Shown here: one piece after another, positions 37,235 to 45,590 of the stretch
Layout: each line of letters begins with the position of its first letter
Numbering within the stretch: the stretch's first letter is position 1
Assembly (NCBI GenBank): GCA_035537555.1
Contig: DATLMR010000420.1
Coordinates: 1 to 50,501 of the forward strand
Direction of reading: 5' to 3'
Source of the DNA: Blastocatellia bacterium
GTDB taxonomy: Bacteria > Acidobacteriota > Blastocatellia > UBA7656
DNA: 50,501 bases
Translations under genes and position numbers: made by a program
Notes under the pieces: generated by a model
Seen by the model: the letters and a program-made list of their open reading frames with translations, nothing else
Databases searched by the model: none
What the model was told of the DNA's origin: nothing

Positions 37235-37356
37235 CCCTGCCTCCCCACGTGTTGCTCCAGCTCTCCCTGCTTCGCTTTTGATTCATTAGTCTAGACTTAT
37301 AAAATCCGGCTCGTTATATTAAGCCGGATTGAAATAACGCACATTGGAATCTGACG

Positions 37357-39714
37357 ATGTATTGCAATCAATGCAACCTGGAGTTCCCTGAAGGCCTTCG
37401 CTACTGCAAGTGGTGCGGGGAGGAGCTGGTCAAGAGCCGCCGCGTGACGAGCGAGCTGCGGACCTGCGCGTCCTGCTCGGCGGCGGTCCATCCGGATTGG
37501 ACCTATTGCAAGGCATGCGGCGTGCGGATAGTTTCGGCCGCGCCCGAGCCCGCGACGGCCACCTGCGGAAGGTGCGGGGCCGCCAACGGTCCCTCGTCCA
37601 TCTATTGCTCGGTCTGCGGCGAGAGTCTCTTGCTGCAAGGCGAACCCGAGAAGGCCCAGCCGGGCACGGCCGTCATCAATCGTTGCGAGTCCTGCGGCGA
37701 GCACCTTGATTCTCTCACGGGCTACTGCAAGATGTGCGGCGCGGCTGCCCAGCCTGCGGCCCATCCCTTCGGCGCGTCTTCGCTGCTCTGCGGCCAGTGC
37801 CAGAGCTACAGCCCCGTCGGCTCGTCGGCGTGCAGGGTATGCGGGGCCCTCCTGATCGAGACCGGAGAGGCCGATTCGCGCGAGGAGCGCAAGTCGAGCA
37901 CGCTCCCGGACCTCGCGGACCACCTGCCCGGGCCGGAAGCCGCCCTGACGGAACCGGCTCCCGGAGCCGATTATATGCATGACCTGACCGACACGGGCCT
38001 CGTGCGATCAGGAGAGCAGACGGCGATCTTTCCCGCCCCGGAGCCCGCGGCTCCCCCGGCGGAGGAGAGGCCCTCGCCGCCCAGAAGCGCATACGAGACG
38101 ATCGAAACCAGGATACCGAACCTGGACCTGAAGCCCAGGGGCGGCGCGGAGACCGGCGTCCTGCCCGGTGGTGCCGGAGCGCCTTCCGAGCAGGTCTCCA
38201 CCACCCACCTCGGCCAGGGCCGGACCACAGGGCCGGTCGATCCTTCCGAGGAGAGCGAGCAGATGTCCGAATCGGGCGAGCTTCTCGCGCGGCTTGCAGA
38301 TCCAATCGGCGCCTTGTCGGCCGGTTCGCCTTCGGCTCGGGAGCTGGCTTCCACCGAGCTGATCGGGACCGGGTCCCGGGCTCAGGAAGAAGACGAAAAT
38401 GCTACCGTCGAGTCCGAAGTTAGATTGACTCAGTCCATATACGGCGCGGACGACGGCGCCGTCACCGGGCTCAATACCTCGATGCCGACCGCTCCGCAGA
38501 AAGAGGGATTCACCGCGCCGTTCGGCCTCGATTCTTCGACGCTCGAAGCGTCCTGGCAGGACAAAGACGAGACTCGCAACATCTCGCAACCCGACCCCGA
38601 GACCCTGCCGATCGTGGCCATGCCCGGAAGCCGGGTCGAGAATCCCACCGTCGAGATCACGAGCCCGCAAGAGCAGCGAGAGCAGCGAGAGCAAAACAAG
38701 ACCGAATCCTTCTACGGCGAGACTTATCCGCAGGCCCCGGAGACCGCCGTCCTCGGTAATGACTTCACGCGTGAAGGCAGGGTCCACGAGGCAGAGCCCG
38801 TAGCGGAGCAGGCAGCAGAGGTGTACGAGGCTCCCCGGAAGCGGAGTAATCTGCCGATAATTTTATCCCTCGCGGTCGCGCTTCTCGTGATAGGGGCCGC
38901 CGTCTACATCGGGTGGAGATTCCTCGCGCCTGATCCGAGAGCGCGAAGTCAGGCGCAGACGCCGTCCGAGCCGGTCAAGCCTGAAGAGCCGGCCGCCCAG
39001 GCTCCCGCGCCCGCGCCGCCGGCCGGGCCGGTCGCGCCCGAAGGAATGGTGCTGGTCGCCTCGGGGACTTACACCATCGGTCGCGACGTAAAGGGCAATT
39101 ACGAGAGCCCCGCGCATTCTGTCGCGCTCGCGCCTTTTTCGATCGACCGCACGGAAGTCACCAACGCGGCCTATAAGCAGTTCATAGATGCGACCGGGCA
39201 CGAGCCTCCGGGCGATTGGAAAAACGGTACTTTTCCGGAAGGTCAGGGGAAGTATCCCGTGACGGGGGTCAGCTGGCAGGATGCTTCCGATTATGCGAAG
39301 TGGGCGGGCAAGCGGCTTCCGACGGAAGAGGAGTGGGAAGCGGCGGCGCGCGGGGCCGAGGGCTTGATTTATCCGTGGGGCAACGAGTGGAAGGCGGGGC
39401 TTGCCAACATCGGCACGAAGTCGATTACGGAAGTGGGCCAGTTTCCGGCGGGAGCGAGCCCTTCCGGCGCCCTGGATATGATAGGCAATGTCTGGGAGTG
39501 GACCGCCGACGAGTTCCATCTCTATCCCGGCAACACCGAGCAGGAGCCGGAGAACATAAAGCAGGCCTCGCTCTTTCGAATCATACGCGGCGGCGCATAT
39601 GACGGCAGTAAGATTCACACCGCGACCTACAGGGGCTTCGTCGAAGCGGACAGCCGCAAATATAACAAGACGGGCTTCCGCTGCGTTAAGAGCGCGGGAG
39701 GCGGCGGGAAGTGA
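37357..39714 (+). CDS. Five tandem zinc-ribbons + long disordered linker + TM + extracytoplasmic FGE/SUMF1-family domain
   Basis: Five CxxC-N10-13-CxxC units in aa 1-165, an acidic/Pro-rich low-complexity region, a TM helix (LPIILSLAVALLVIGAAVYIGW), then the FGE-sulfatase fold (GNVWEWTAD, RIIRGGAY, GFRCVK). Confidence 0.85.
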   Translation: MYCNQCNLEFPEGLRYCKWCGEELVKSRRVTSELRTCASCSAAVHPDWTYCKACGVRIVSAAPEPATATCGRCGAANGPSSIYCSVCGESLLLQGEPEKAQPGTAVINRCESCGEHLDSLTGYCKMCGAAAQPAAHPFGASSLLCGQCQSYSPVGSSACRVCGALLIETGEADSREERKSSTLPDLADHLPGPEAALTEPAPGADYMHDLTDTGLVRSGEQTAIFPAPEPAAPPAEERPSPPRSAYETIETRIPNLDLKPRGGAETGVLPGGAGAPSEQVSTTHLGQGRTTGPVDPSEESEQMSESGELLARLADPIGALSAGSPSARELASTELIGTGSRAQEEDENATVESEVRLTQSIYGADDGAVTGLNTSMPTAPQKEGFTAPFGLDSSTLEASWQDKDETRNISQPDPETLPIVAMPGSRVENPTVEITSPQEQREQREQNKTESFYGETYPQAPETAVLGNDFTREGRVHEAEPVAEQAAEVYEAPRKRSNLPIILSLAVALLVIGAAVYIGWRFLAPDPRARSQAQTPSEPVKPEEPAAQAPAPAPPAGPVAPEGMVLVASGTYTIGRDVKGNYESPAHSVALAPFSIDRTEVTNAAYKQFIDATGHEPPGDWKNGTFPEGQGKYPVTGVSWQDASDYAKWAGKRLPTEEEWEAAARGAEGLIYPWGNEWKAGLANIGTKSITEVGQFPAGASPSGALDMIGNVWEWTADEFHLYPGNTEQEPENIKQASLFRIIRGGAYDGSKIHTATYRGFVEADSRKYNKTGFRCVKSAGGGGK

Positions 39715-39832
39715 CCCGGCTATGCCGGGCAGTCGATCGGGTCCCGAATACTTTTGAATCTTTAAAGGTTCTATATCGACCAACGGAGCATCTGGTCGCT
39801 CCCCGGACCTCGCCGCCTCTGAACAGCCAATT

Positions 39833-41101
39833 ATGCGATTAAGCGTGAAGCTCGGCGCGCTCTGCGCGGCCGCGGCACTCCTTCCTCTATTGCTCGCCTG
39901 GGTGGTGGTTCAATACACGATCTCGACCGATTCGCGTGAGCTGGCGGCGGAGCGATTGCGGAGCGATGCCCGCGTGGCCGCGAACATCTATCAAAAGAGG
40001 CTGGTCGAGCTGCGGCTTGCCTCGGAGCGGCTCGCCGAAGAGATCGCGGGCCGCGCGGCGGTAAACACCGCGAGCGCGGACCGGGACAGCGGCGCGGCCC
40101 TTGCCCGCCTTCAAGACTTGCTGCCTCGCGCCCAGTACGACCTGAGCCTGGATTTCGTCATCGTCGCCGACCCGCAGGGACGAGTGATCGCTCGCCATAA
40201 CAGTCGCCCCGCGCCGGGCGAGACTCTCACCGGCCCGAACTATAAGAACCCCGTCGCTGAAAGAGCGCTCGCGGAGGGCGCTCAGTCGCGCACGGCCCCT
40301 GTCGTCTCCACGGTGCTTGAGCCTCCGGAACAGATCGAGCGGCTCGACCTGTCTATGCTCGCGCAGGTGGCGCGCGCGGACGGGCCGGCGCTCGATCAGG
40401 CGCTTGTGCTCGAAGCGGGGGCGCCGGTCGTGGCCCAGGGCCGATTGATCGGGATGGTCCTGCTTGGACAGATGCTGAACACCTATTACTCCGCGCGGCC
40501 CGCGGCGAGCGCTCTCCAAACGCCGATAATCGCGGAGGTCCGACAGACGCTTTATGGAATCGAGGGCAGGCTGTCGGGCGCGGCCATCTCTCTCGGCGAC
40601 ACGATAATCGCTTCGAGCGTCCCCGGTGATGAAGCCTCCTCTGACCCGGCGCTCAAAGGAACGAAGCGCGATCCGAGCCGGACCGAGGAGACAGTTCGAG
40701 ACGGGGGGCGAGGATACGCCGTGGCCTGGCAGCCGATAAAATCTCTCGATGGCTCACAAATAGGGGCCATCGGCGCGGTCGTGCCCGAAGGCGCCCTCGA
40801 AGGAGCGGCGGCGTCGTTGCGCGCGATCTTTATTTCCGCGGCGGTCCTGGCGCTCATCGTTGGAGGCGCGGGCGGTCTGATGTTCGGGAACGAGCTGGCT
40901 GAAAGATTGTCCGTGCTCACTGAAGCGGCGGGCCGAATGAGCGTCGGAGAGCTGAGCACGCCGGTAAGAGATCCGAACGCGCAGGTAGAGTCGCGCATCA
41001 AGACCCTCTTAGCCCGCGACGAAGTCGCGACCCTCGCCGATCGGCTCGACCAGATGCGCGAGAGCTTCAGGCAGGCCATCGAGCGGATGAGAAAACGCTG
41101 A
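39833..41101 (+). CDS. Membrane sensor-like protein: TM - periplasmic domain - TM - HAMP, no output domain
   Basis: TM1 (LGALCAAAALLPLLLAWVVV), a ~300-aa extracytoplasmic region, TM2 (ISAAVLALIVGGAGGLMF), then a HAMP-like segment ending the protein (DEVATLADRLDQMRESFRQAIERMRKR). Confidence 0.65.
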   Translation: MRLSVKLGALCAAAALLPLLLAWVVVQYTISTDSRELAAERLRSDARVAANIYQKRLVELRLASERLAEEIAGRAAVNTASADRDSGAALARLQDLLPRAQYDLSLDFVIVADPQGRVIARHNSRPAPGETLTGPNYKNPVAERALAEGAQSRTAPVVSTVLEPPEQIERLDLSMLAQVARADGPALDQALVLEAGAPVVAQGRLIGMVLLGQMLNTYYSARPAASALQTPIIAEVRQTLYGIEGRLSGAAISLGDTIIASSVPGDEASSDPALKGTKRDPSRTEETVRDGGRGYAVAWQPIKSLDGSQIGAIGAVVPEGALEGAAASLRAIFISAAVLALIVGGAGGLMFGNELAERLSVLTEAAGRMSVGELSTPVRDPNAQVESRIKTLLARDEVATLADRLDQMRESFRQAIERMRKR

Positions 41102-41263
41102 TCGGGCCTTTCGCGCCTGAGATTTTCGAGAGATTTCAGCTATAATTTCTGCTGGGTGGACCGCTTCCAAGATAGAGGACGAATTGGTAACTCAGCTCCT
41201 CTCTCTCTTTCACACCGTCGCCGCCAAGACCCGGCGGCTTCAATCTACCACGGAGGTTCCTTC

Positions 41264-41740
41264 ATGAACGGCAGAATTTACCGAATCGGAATGATCGCCC
41301 TGGTTGCCGCAGCCTTCCTTCTCGAATCGTCGGCCATTGCATCTTCTGCAATCGGAGGCCAGTCGCACGACATGCAGATGCAGCAGAGCGCTAACGCGAA
41401 CAAGGGCGCGAGGCGTCCTCGCTCCAGGCGCGGCCAGGGCGCGCGCGCAGGAAAGCGCGCGATGAGGGCGAAGACCGGTATCCCGACCGGCGTGCAGAAC
41501 TGCCTGGATCGCCTGATCGAGGTCGCGGCCGCCGATCCGCTCCCTGCTTATGAAGGGCAGCCGGAGCAGATCATCAATGACGGACTGATGTGGAACGACG
41601 AGAAGTCCAAGTGCTCCATCGGCACGGACAGCGCCCAGAGGCTGAGGGTGCTGCAGCTTTCAAACGCGTGGCGCATGAAAGACGCGGCCAAGGTGCGTTC
41701 GCTTTTGACGGAGATCAAAGGGGCCGCGCCGCAGGCCTAG
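41264..41740 (+). CDS. Hypothetical secreted protein
   Basis: GGAGG SD 7 nt upstream of the ATG at 41264, a signal-peptide-like N-terminus (MIALVAAAFLLESSAIA) and a basic low-complexity stretch. No recognisable domain. Confidence 0.55.
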   Translation: MNGRIYRIGMIALVAAAFLLESSAIASSAIGGQSHDMQMQQSANANKGARRPRSRRGQGARAGKRAMRAKTGIPTGVQNCLDRLIEVAAADPLPAYEGQPEQIINDGLMWNDEKSKCSIGTDSAQRLRVLQLSNAWRMKDAAKVRSLLTEIKGAAPQA

Positions 41741-41889
41741 ATTGCGGCCCGGGACCGGAGCTACATTGCGTTTTTGCGTGGAGAACTTCGACGCGCGAAG
41801 CCGCGATGTAGCCTCCCGGTTCGCGCGCGCGCCATCTTGACATTCCCCTCGGCCCTCGGCTAGGCTTTTGGCTCTTCCACGAAAATCTA

Positions 41890-42951
41890 ATGCCGTTAAA
41901 GACTGAATTGATCAAGAGACTCTCGCTCCTCGCGGTCTGCATGGCCGCGGCAAGCGCCCTCTTTGCCGGGTGCAGCTTCATTTCGGGAGAGGCGAAGATA
42001 GACGAGGGAATAGTCATCGCGCCCAAGCTGAAGATCCGTTCTTCCACCGCGATGGTGGCGCTCGACATCGCCGAGGTGAAGAGGGGCGACAGGCTTGAGA
42101 TACTGGAGCAGGCCGAGGTCAGGACGCCGACGCGGACCGACGAATGGTACAAGGTCCGCATGAAGGGCAGTAGCGATGTCGTGGGCTGGGTCGAGTCCCG
42201 TTACATCGTAAACAAGCCTGTCGTCGATAAGATCGAGCAGCTCTACGAAGGCGGAAAATCGACGCCCTCGCAGGGCAAGGGCAGGCTCAAGGTGCAGACT
42301 AAGCTTCGCATCGAGCCCGGCGGAGACGTGGTCACGAATCTCAGCCGGGGAACCCTGGTCGAGATAGTGGGTAAGGCGCGCACGACGATCAAGCCCGAAA
42401 AACAACAGGGCACCGAAGACACCGACGAGACCACTGAAGAGCCGGAAGCGCGGACCGTGCTCTGGTACCAGGTGCGGCTGCCGGATTCCGAAGTCCTGCG
42501 CGCCGGATGGGTGGGCGCGCAGCAGGTCCAGCTCGACGTTCCCGACGAGATACTTCACCTGGAAGGCGACGGTCGAAGGTTCACCGGATGGGTCGTGTTC
42601 GACCAGACCAAAGATAAGAAGGGCGAGCTCAAAGAGAACTACATCGGCTTGATGAAGAGCATCAGCACCGAAGGCCCGATAGACTTCACGCGGATATGGG
42701 TGCTCATCTACTCTCCGTCAGAGAGCCGGTACATAAACGGATACCTCCAGGACAACCTGCGCGGACTCCTCCCGGTCACGCTCGGGACCTCTTCGGGCGG
42801 AAGAGGCTTCACAATCCACGAGCTCGACGAAAACGGCAACTCGGTTCCCGCCGAATACTCCCTGAACCGCGTCAATGCCACGCGCCTTGAGATAAAGCGA
42901 CTCACCCCGCTTCGCGTCGTAAAGAAGCAGCCGCGAAGGCAGGGCAGGTGA
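41890..42951 (+). CDS. Lipoprotein with two bacterial SH3-like domains
   Basis: Lipobox LFAGC, and two SH3_3-like segments (KIRSS...EWYKVRMKGSSDVVGWVESRYIV; LRIEPGG...LWYQVRLPDSEVLRAGWVGAQQV). Confidence 0.65.
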   Translation: MPLKTELIKRLSLLAVCMAAASALFAGCSFISGEAKIDEGIVIAPKLKIRSSTAMVALDIAEVKRGDRLEILEQAEVRTPTRTDEWYKVRMKGSSDVVGWVESRYIVNKPVVDKIEQLYEGGKSTPSQGKGRLKVQTKLRIEPGGDVVTNLSRGTLVEIVGKARTTIKPEKQQGTEDTDETTEEPEARTVLWYQVRLPDSEVLRAGWVGAQQVQLDVPDEILHLEGDGRRFTGWVVFDQTKDKKGELKENYIGLMKSISTEGPIDFTRIWVLIYSPSESRYINGYLQDNLRGLLPVTLGTSSGGRGFTIHELDENGNSVPAEYSLNRVNATRLEIKRLTPLRVVKKQPRRQGR

Positions 42952-42982
42952 GAGCGCGATCGCCCGGGAACCGGCGCTGAAG

Positions 42983-43792
42983 TCATCCGGGGTTTTCAGG
43001 GGAATACTCTTTTATCATCCTCGTCAGGCATCTCTCGATCGCGCGGGCCATCAGCTCTACCAGGGGCCGGGTGTTCATGCGAAATCCCTCGTCGACGGCT
43101 TCCCGGTAAGCGGCGGACAGTTCTCGCGGGATGACTACGGGCGGCAGGCCGCTTCGCAACGTGAAAAGGCTCGCGGCCGCAAAAGAGAGCCCCTCGTTCC
43201 CCTCTTCGAAGGGTTGAATCTCGATCAGGCGGAGATGAACTATGGCTGCCTGCTCCAGAGGATGCATCTCCTCGAATGACCCGGCCGTGAACCATAAACA
43301 CGCGCTCTCGATCATCGCGGGCAGGTACTCGGGAGGCGCGGCGGGCCTGGAGCGGGCGGCCGCGCCCTTCGAATGATCCGCGCGGCCCTTGCGAAACTCT
43401 CCCCGGGCTCCGTCCGGCTTCCGGTCGAAGCTCAAAAGAAGGTCCGGAGTAAGCCTTGCCCTGCGACCCTCGGTTTCGACCTGGGCCAGCACGGCGCGCA
43501 AGGCTCGAAGGAGGCGGAGTATGCCCGCATCCTCCGGGCCATTCCCCTCGGCGGGCCGATCGATCGCCCGGACGGCCTCCTCTACCCGCTCGCGCTCGAC
43601 GTGCGCGCCCGCGAGGGTCAGGGCGGAGAGTATGAAATCGACCTCCAGCCACGGGGCCACCCTTGTCTTTGAATCTCCTGAAGGTTGAACGGAATTGAGT
43701 TCCTCAAGCTTCCGGTTAATCATGTTTATCCATTCATAAGCGGGCCGCGACGATAGTATGGGAGGAAAGGCTAAGTCGGGTGGTCTTTGCAT
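42983..43792 (-). CDS. Fic-fold protein with degenerate active-site motif
   Basis: HPLEQAAIVHLRLIEIQPFEEGNEGLSF. The position of the canonical HxFx(D/E)GNGRxxR motif reads QPFEEGNEGLSF (nt 43181-43216). Confidence 0.65.
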   Translation of the reverse strand: MQRPPDLAFPPILSSRPAYEWINMINRKLEELNSVQPSGDSKTRVAPWLEVDFILSALTLAGAHVERERVEEAVRAIDRPAEGNGPEDAGILRLLRALRAVLAQVETEGRRARLTPDLLLSFDRKPDGARGEFRKGRADHSKGAAARSRPAAPPEYLPAMIESACLWFTAGSFEEMHPLEQAAIVHLRLIEIQPFEEGNEGLSFAAASLFTLRSGLPPVVIPRELSAAYREAVDEGFRMNTRPLVELMARAIERCLTRMIKEYSPENPG

Positions 43793-43969
43793 GGCGCGGT
43801 GATTATATCAGCCGCCGCCGATCAAAGCGACGGCGGCGCGCGGCGCGAAATCTTTAGTTAAGACCCGCGTTCGCTTGACATAGTGGCAGTTCGCACGTGA
43901 CACTTTGATGCTGAATCGAGATAGGCACCGGGAAACCAAAATAGTTATAATCGAGCGGAAGCGGCCTCT

Positions 43970-44803
43970 ATGCGGAATGAGCGGGACATAAGGAAAAAGA
44001 TCGTAGAGATAGGCCGCGAAGTCTACGCGCGCGGCTTCATCGCGGCCTCAGACGGCAATATCAGCGCAAGGCTCGACGACGGCACCATAGTGACCACTCC
44101 GACCATGGTGTGCAAGGGGCGGATGTCTGAGGATATGCTGGTCCTTGTCGATATAGACGGGCGGAAGCTGCGGCGCGAGGAGAGAAACCCCTCTTCGGAG
44201 TTCTCGATGCACCGGACGATCTACCGCCTGCGGCCCGACGTGCACGCGGTGGTGCACGCGCACCCGCCTTTCGGCACCGGCTTCGCCGTGGCGAACGTGC
44301 CGCTCGATAAGCCTCTGCTTTCGGAAGTGATTCTGACCCTCGGATGCATCCCTCTTACCGCTTACGGTACGCCTTCCACGACAGAGATTCCGGACTCCTT
44401 ATCGCCGTACATCCCGCACCACGACGCGCTATTGCTCGCGAACCACGGGGCGGTCGCATACGGGCCGGACCTGCAAGTGGCTTATGACCGGATGGAAACC
44501 CTGGAGCACTTCGCGAAGATCGCCCTGATCGCGCGGCTGGTCGGGAAACCTAAAGAGCTTCCCGCGCAGGCGATCGAAAAGCTGCTCGACGTTCGCGAGC
44601 AGTCCGGCTATATGCCGCCCGAAGCTCGCACCTGCCAGTCTTGCGGATACCTGCAGGGCCACTCTTCGGGCTGTGCCACCGGCCCCGTCCCTCGCGCGCG
44701 CGCGGATGCGAACGGCGATGAAACGGTGACTCTCACTCGAAAGGAATTGACCGCCCTCATCACCGAGGCCGCCCGGCTCGTCGAGCGGGAGAAGAACCGT
44801 TGA
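43970..44803 (+). CDS. Class II (fuculose/rhamnulose-phosphate-type) aldolase with ~65-aa C-terminal extension
   Basis: Zn ligand pattern HAVVHAHPP plus LLANHGAV, and catalytic-acid region SSEFSMH. The core ends near aa 210, followed by a Cys cluster (CQSCGYLQGHSSGC) and a terminal helix LTRKELTALITEAARLVERE. Confidence 0.85.
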   Translation: MRNERDIRKKIVEIGREVYARGFIAASDGNISARLDDGTIVTTPTMVCKGRMSEDMLVLVDIDGRKLRREERNPSSEFSMHRTIYRLRPDVHAVVHAHPPFGTGFAVANVPLDKPLLSEVILTLGCIPLTAYGTPSTTEIPDSLSPYIPHHDALLLANHGAVAYGPDLQVAYDRMETLEHFAKIALIARLVGKPKELPAQAIEKLLDVREQSGYMPPEARTCQSCGYLQGHSSGCATGPVPRARADANGDETVTLTRKELTALITEAARLVEREKNR

Positions 44804-44899
44804 GATAGACGACTCAGAAGAAGCGCGCGGTCGCCGCCGCCTTGTTACCTCAGTATGGCGGCCCTGATCGATTGCGCTTGAAATGTAAAAGGAGAAGCT

Positions 44900-45187
44900 A
44901 TGGAAGCCCTTGGAATGATCGAGACGAAAGGTCTCGTCGCTATGATCGAAGCAGCGGACGCGATGGTCAAGGCTGCGAACGTTACGCTGATCGGCTACGA
45001 GAAGATCGGGGCCGGACTCGTGACCGCAATCGTGCGCGGGGATGTCGCCGCGGTCAAAGCGGCCACCGACGCGGGCGCGGCGGCCGCCCGCCGCGTGGGA
45101 GAGCTCGTGAGCGTGCACGTGATCCCGCGCCCTCACACCTCTGTCAATGAGAGCATGCCCGTTACCTACGAATCGCGAGAGAAATAG
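44900..45187 (+). CDS. Bacterial microcompartment shell hexamer protein (BMC-H, PduA/EutM/CcmK family)
   Basis: [27 protein letters not shown] ... [20 protein letters not shown] is the canonical BMC domain. AAGGAG SD 6 nt upstream. Confidence 0.95.
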   Translation: MEALGMIETKGLVAMIEAADAMVKAANVTLIGYEKIGAGLVTAIVRGDVAAVKAATDAGAAAARRVGELVSVHVIPRPHTSVNESMPVTYESREK

Positions 45188-45250
45188 CAGACGGGGAGGG
45201 AAGCCGCGGGCCCTCCCGGCATGCGCCTTCTCCTCGGGCCTGAAACGCTT

Positions 45251-45520
45251 ATGATTCTTGCACGAATAGTAGGAACCGTAGTGGCCACGCGGAAGGATGA
45301 GCGCCTTCACGGGCGCAAGCTCCTGATCGCGCGCATGATCGACGTGGAGGGCGAGGATGAAAAGGGACACCTCATCGCCGTCGATACCGTCGGCGCGGGA
45401 GTCCAGGAAGTAGTGCTCATCGTCCAGGGAAGCTCCGCGCGACTGGCCTTTGGCTGTAAGGACTGCCCGATTGACGCCGCGGTCGTCGGCATCGTCGATA
45501 CGGTCGAGGTGAGCCCTTAG
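45251..45520 (+). CDS. Bacterial microcompartment vertex pentamer protein (BMC-P, EutN/CcmL family)
   Basis: MILARIVGTVVATRKDE ... AVDTVGAGVQEVVLIVQGSSAR ... DAAVVGIVD is typical EutN/CcmL. The start is placed at the family-typical Met; the ORF is open from 45221. Confidence 0.9.
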   Translation: MILARIVGTVVATRKDERLHGRKLLIARMIDVEGEDEKGHLIAVDTVGAGVQEVVLIVQGSSARLAFGCKDCPIDAAVVGIVDTVEVSP

Positions 45521-45590
45521 AGGCGGAGAATTGAGGCGGAGACGCGCGGCATGCGCCGTCGAGCCGTATTTTCCGAGCCGGCGGGGCTGA

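Noticed and set aside
38863-39783. 306-aa minus-strand ORF
   Set aside because: It is antisense to the FGE domain of the 785-aa gene and has no motifs.
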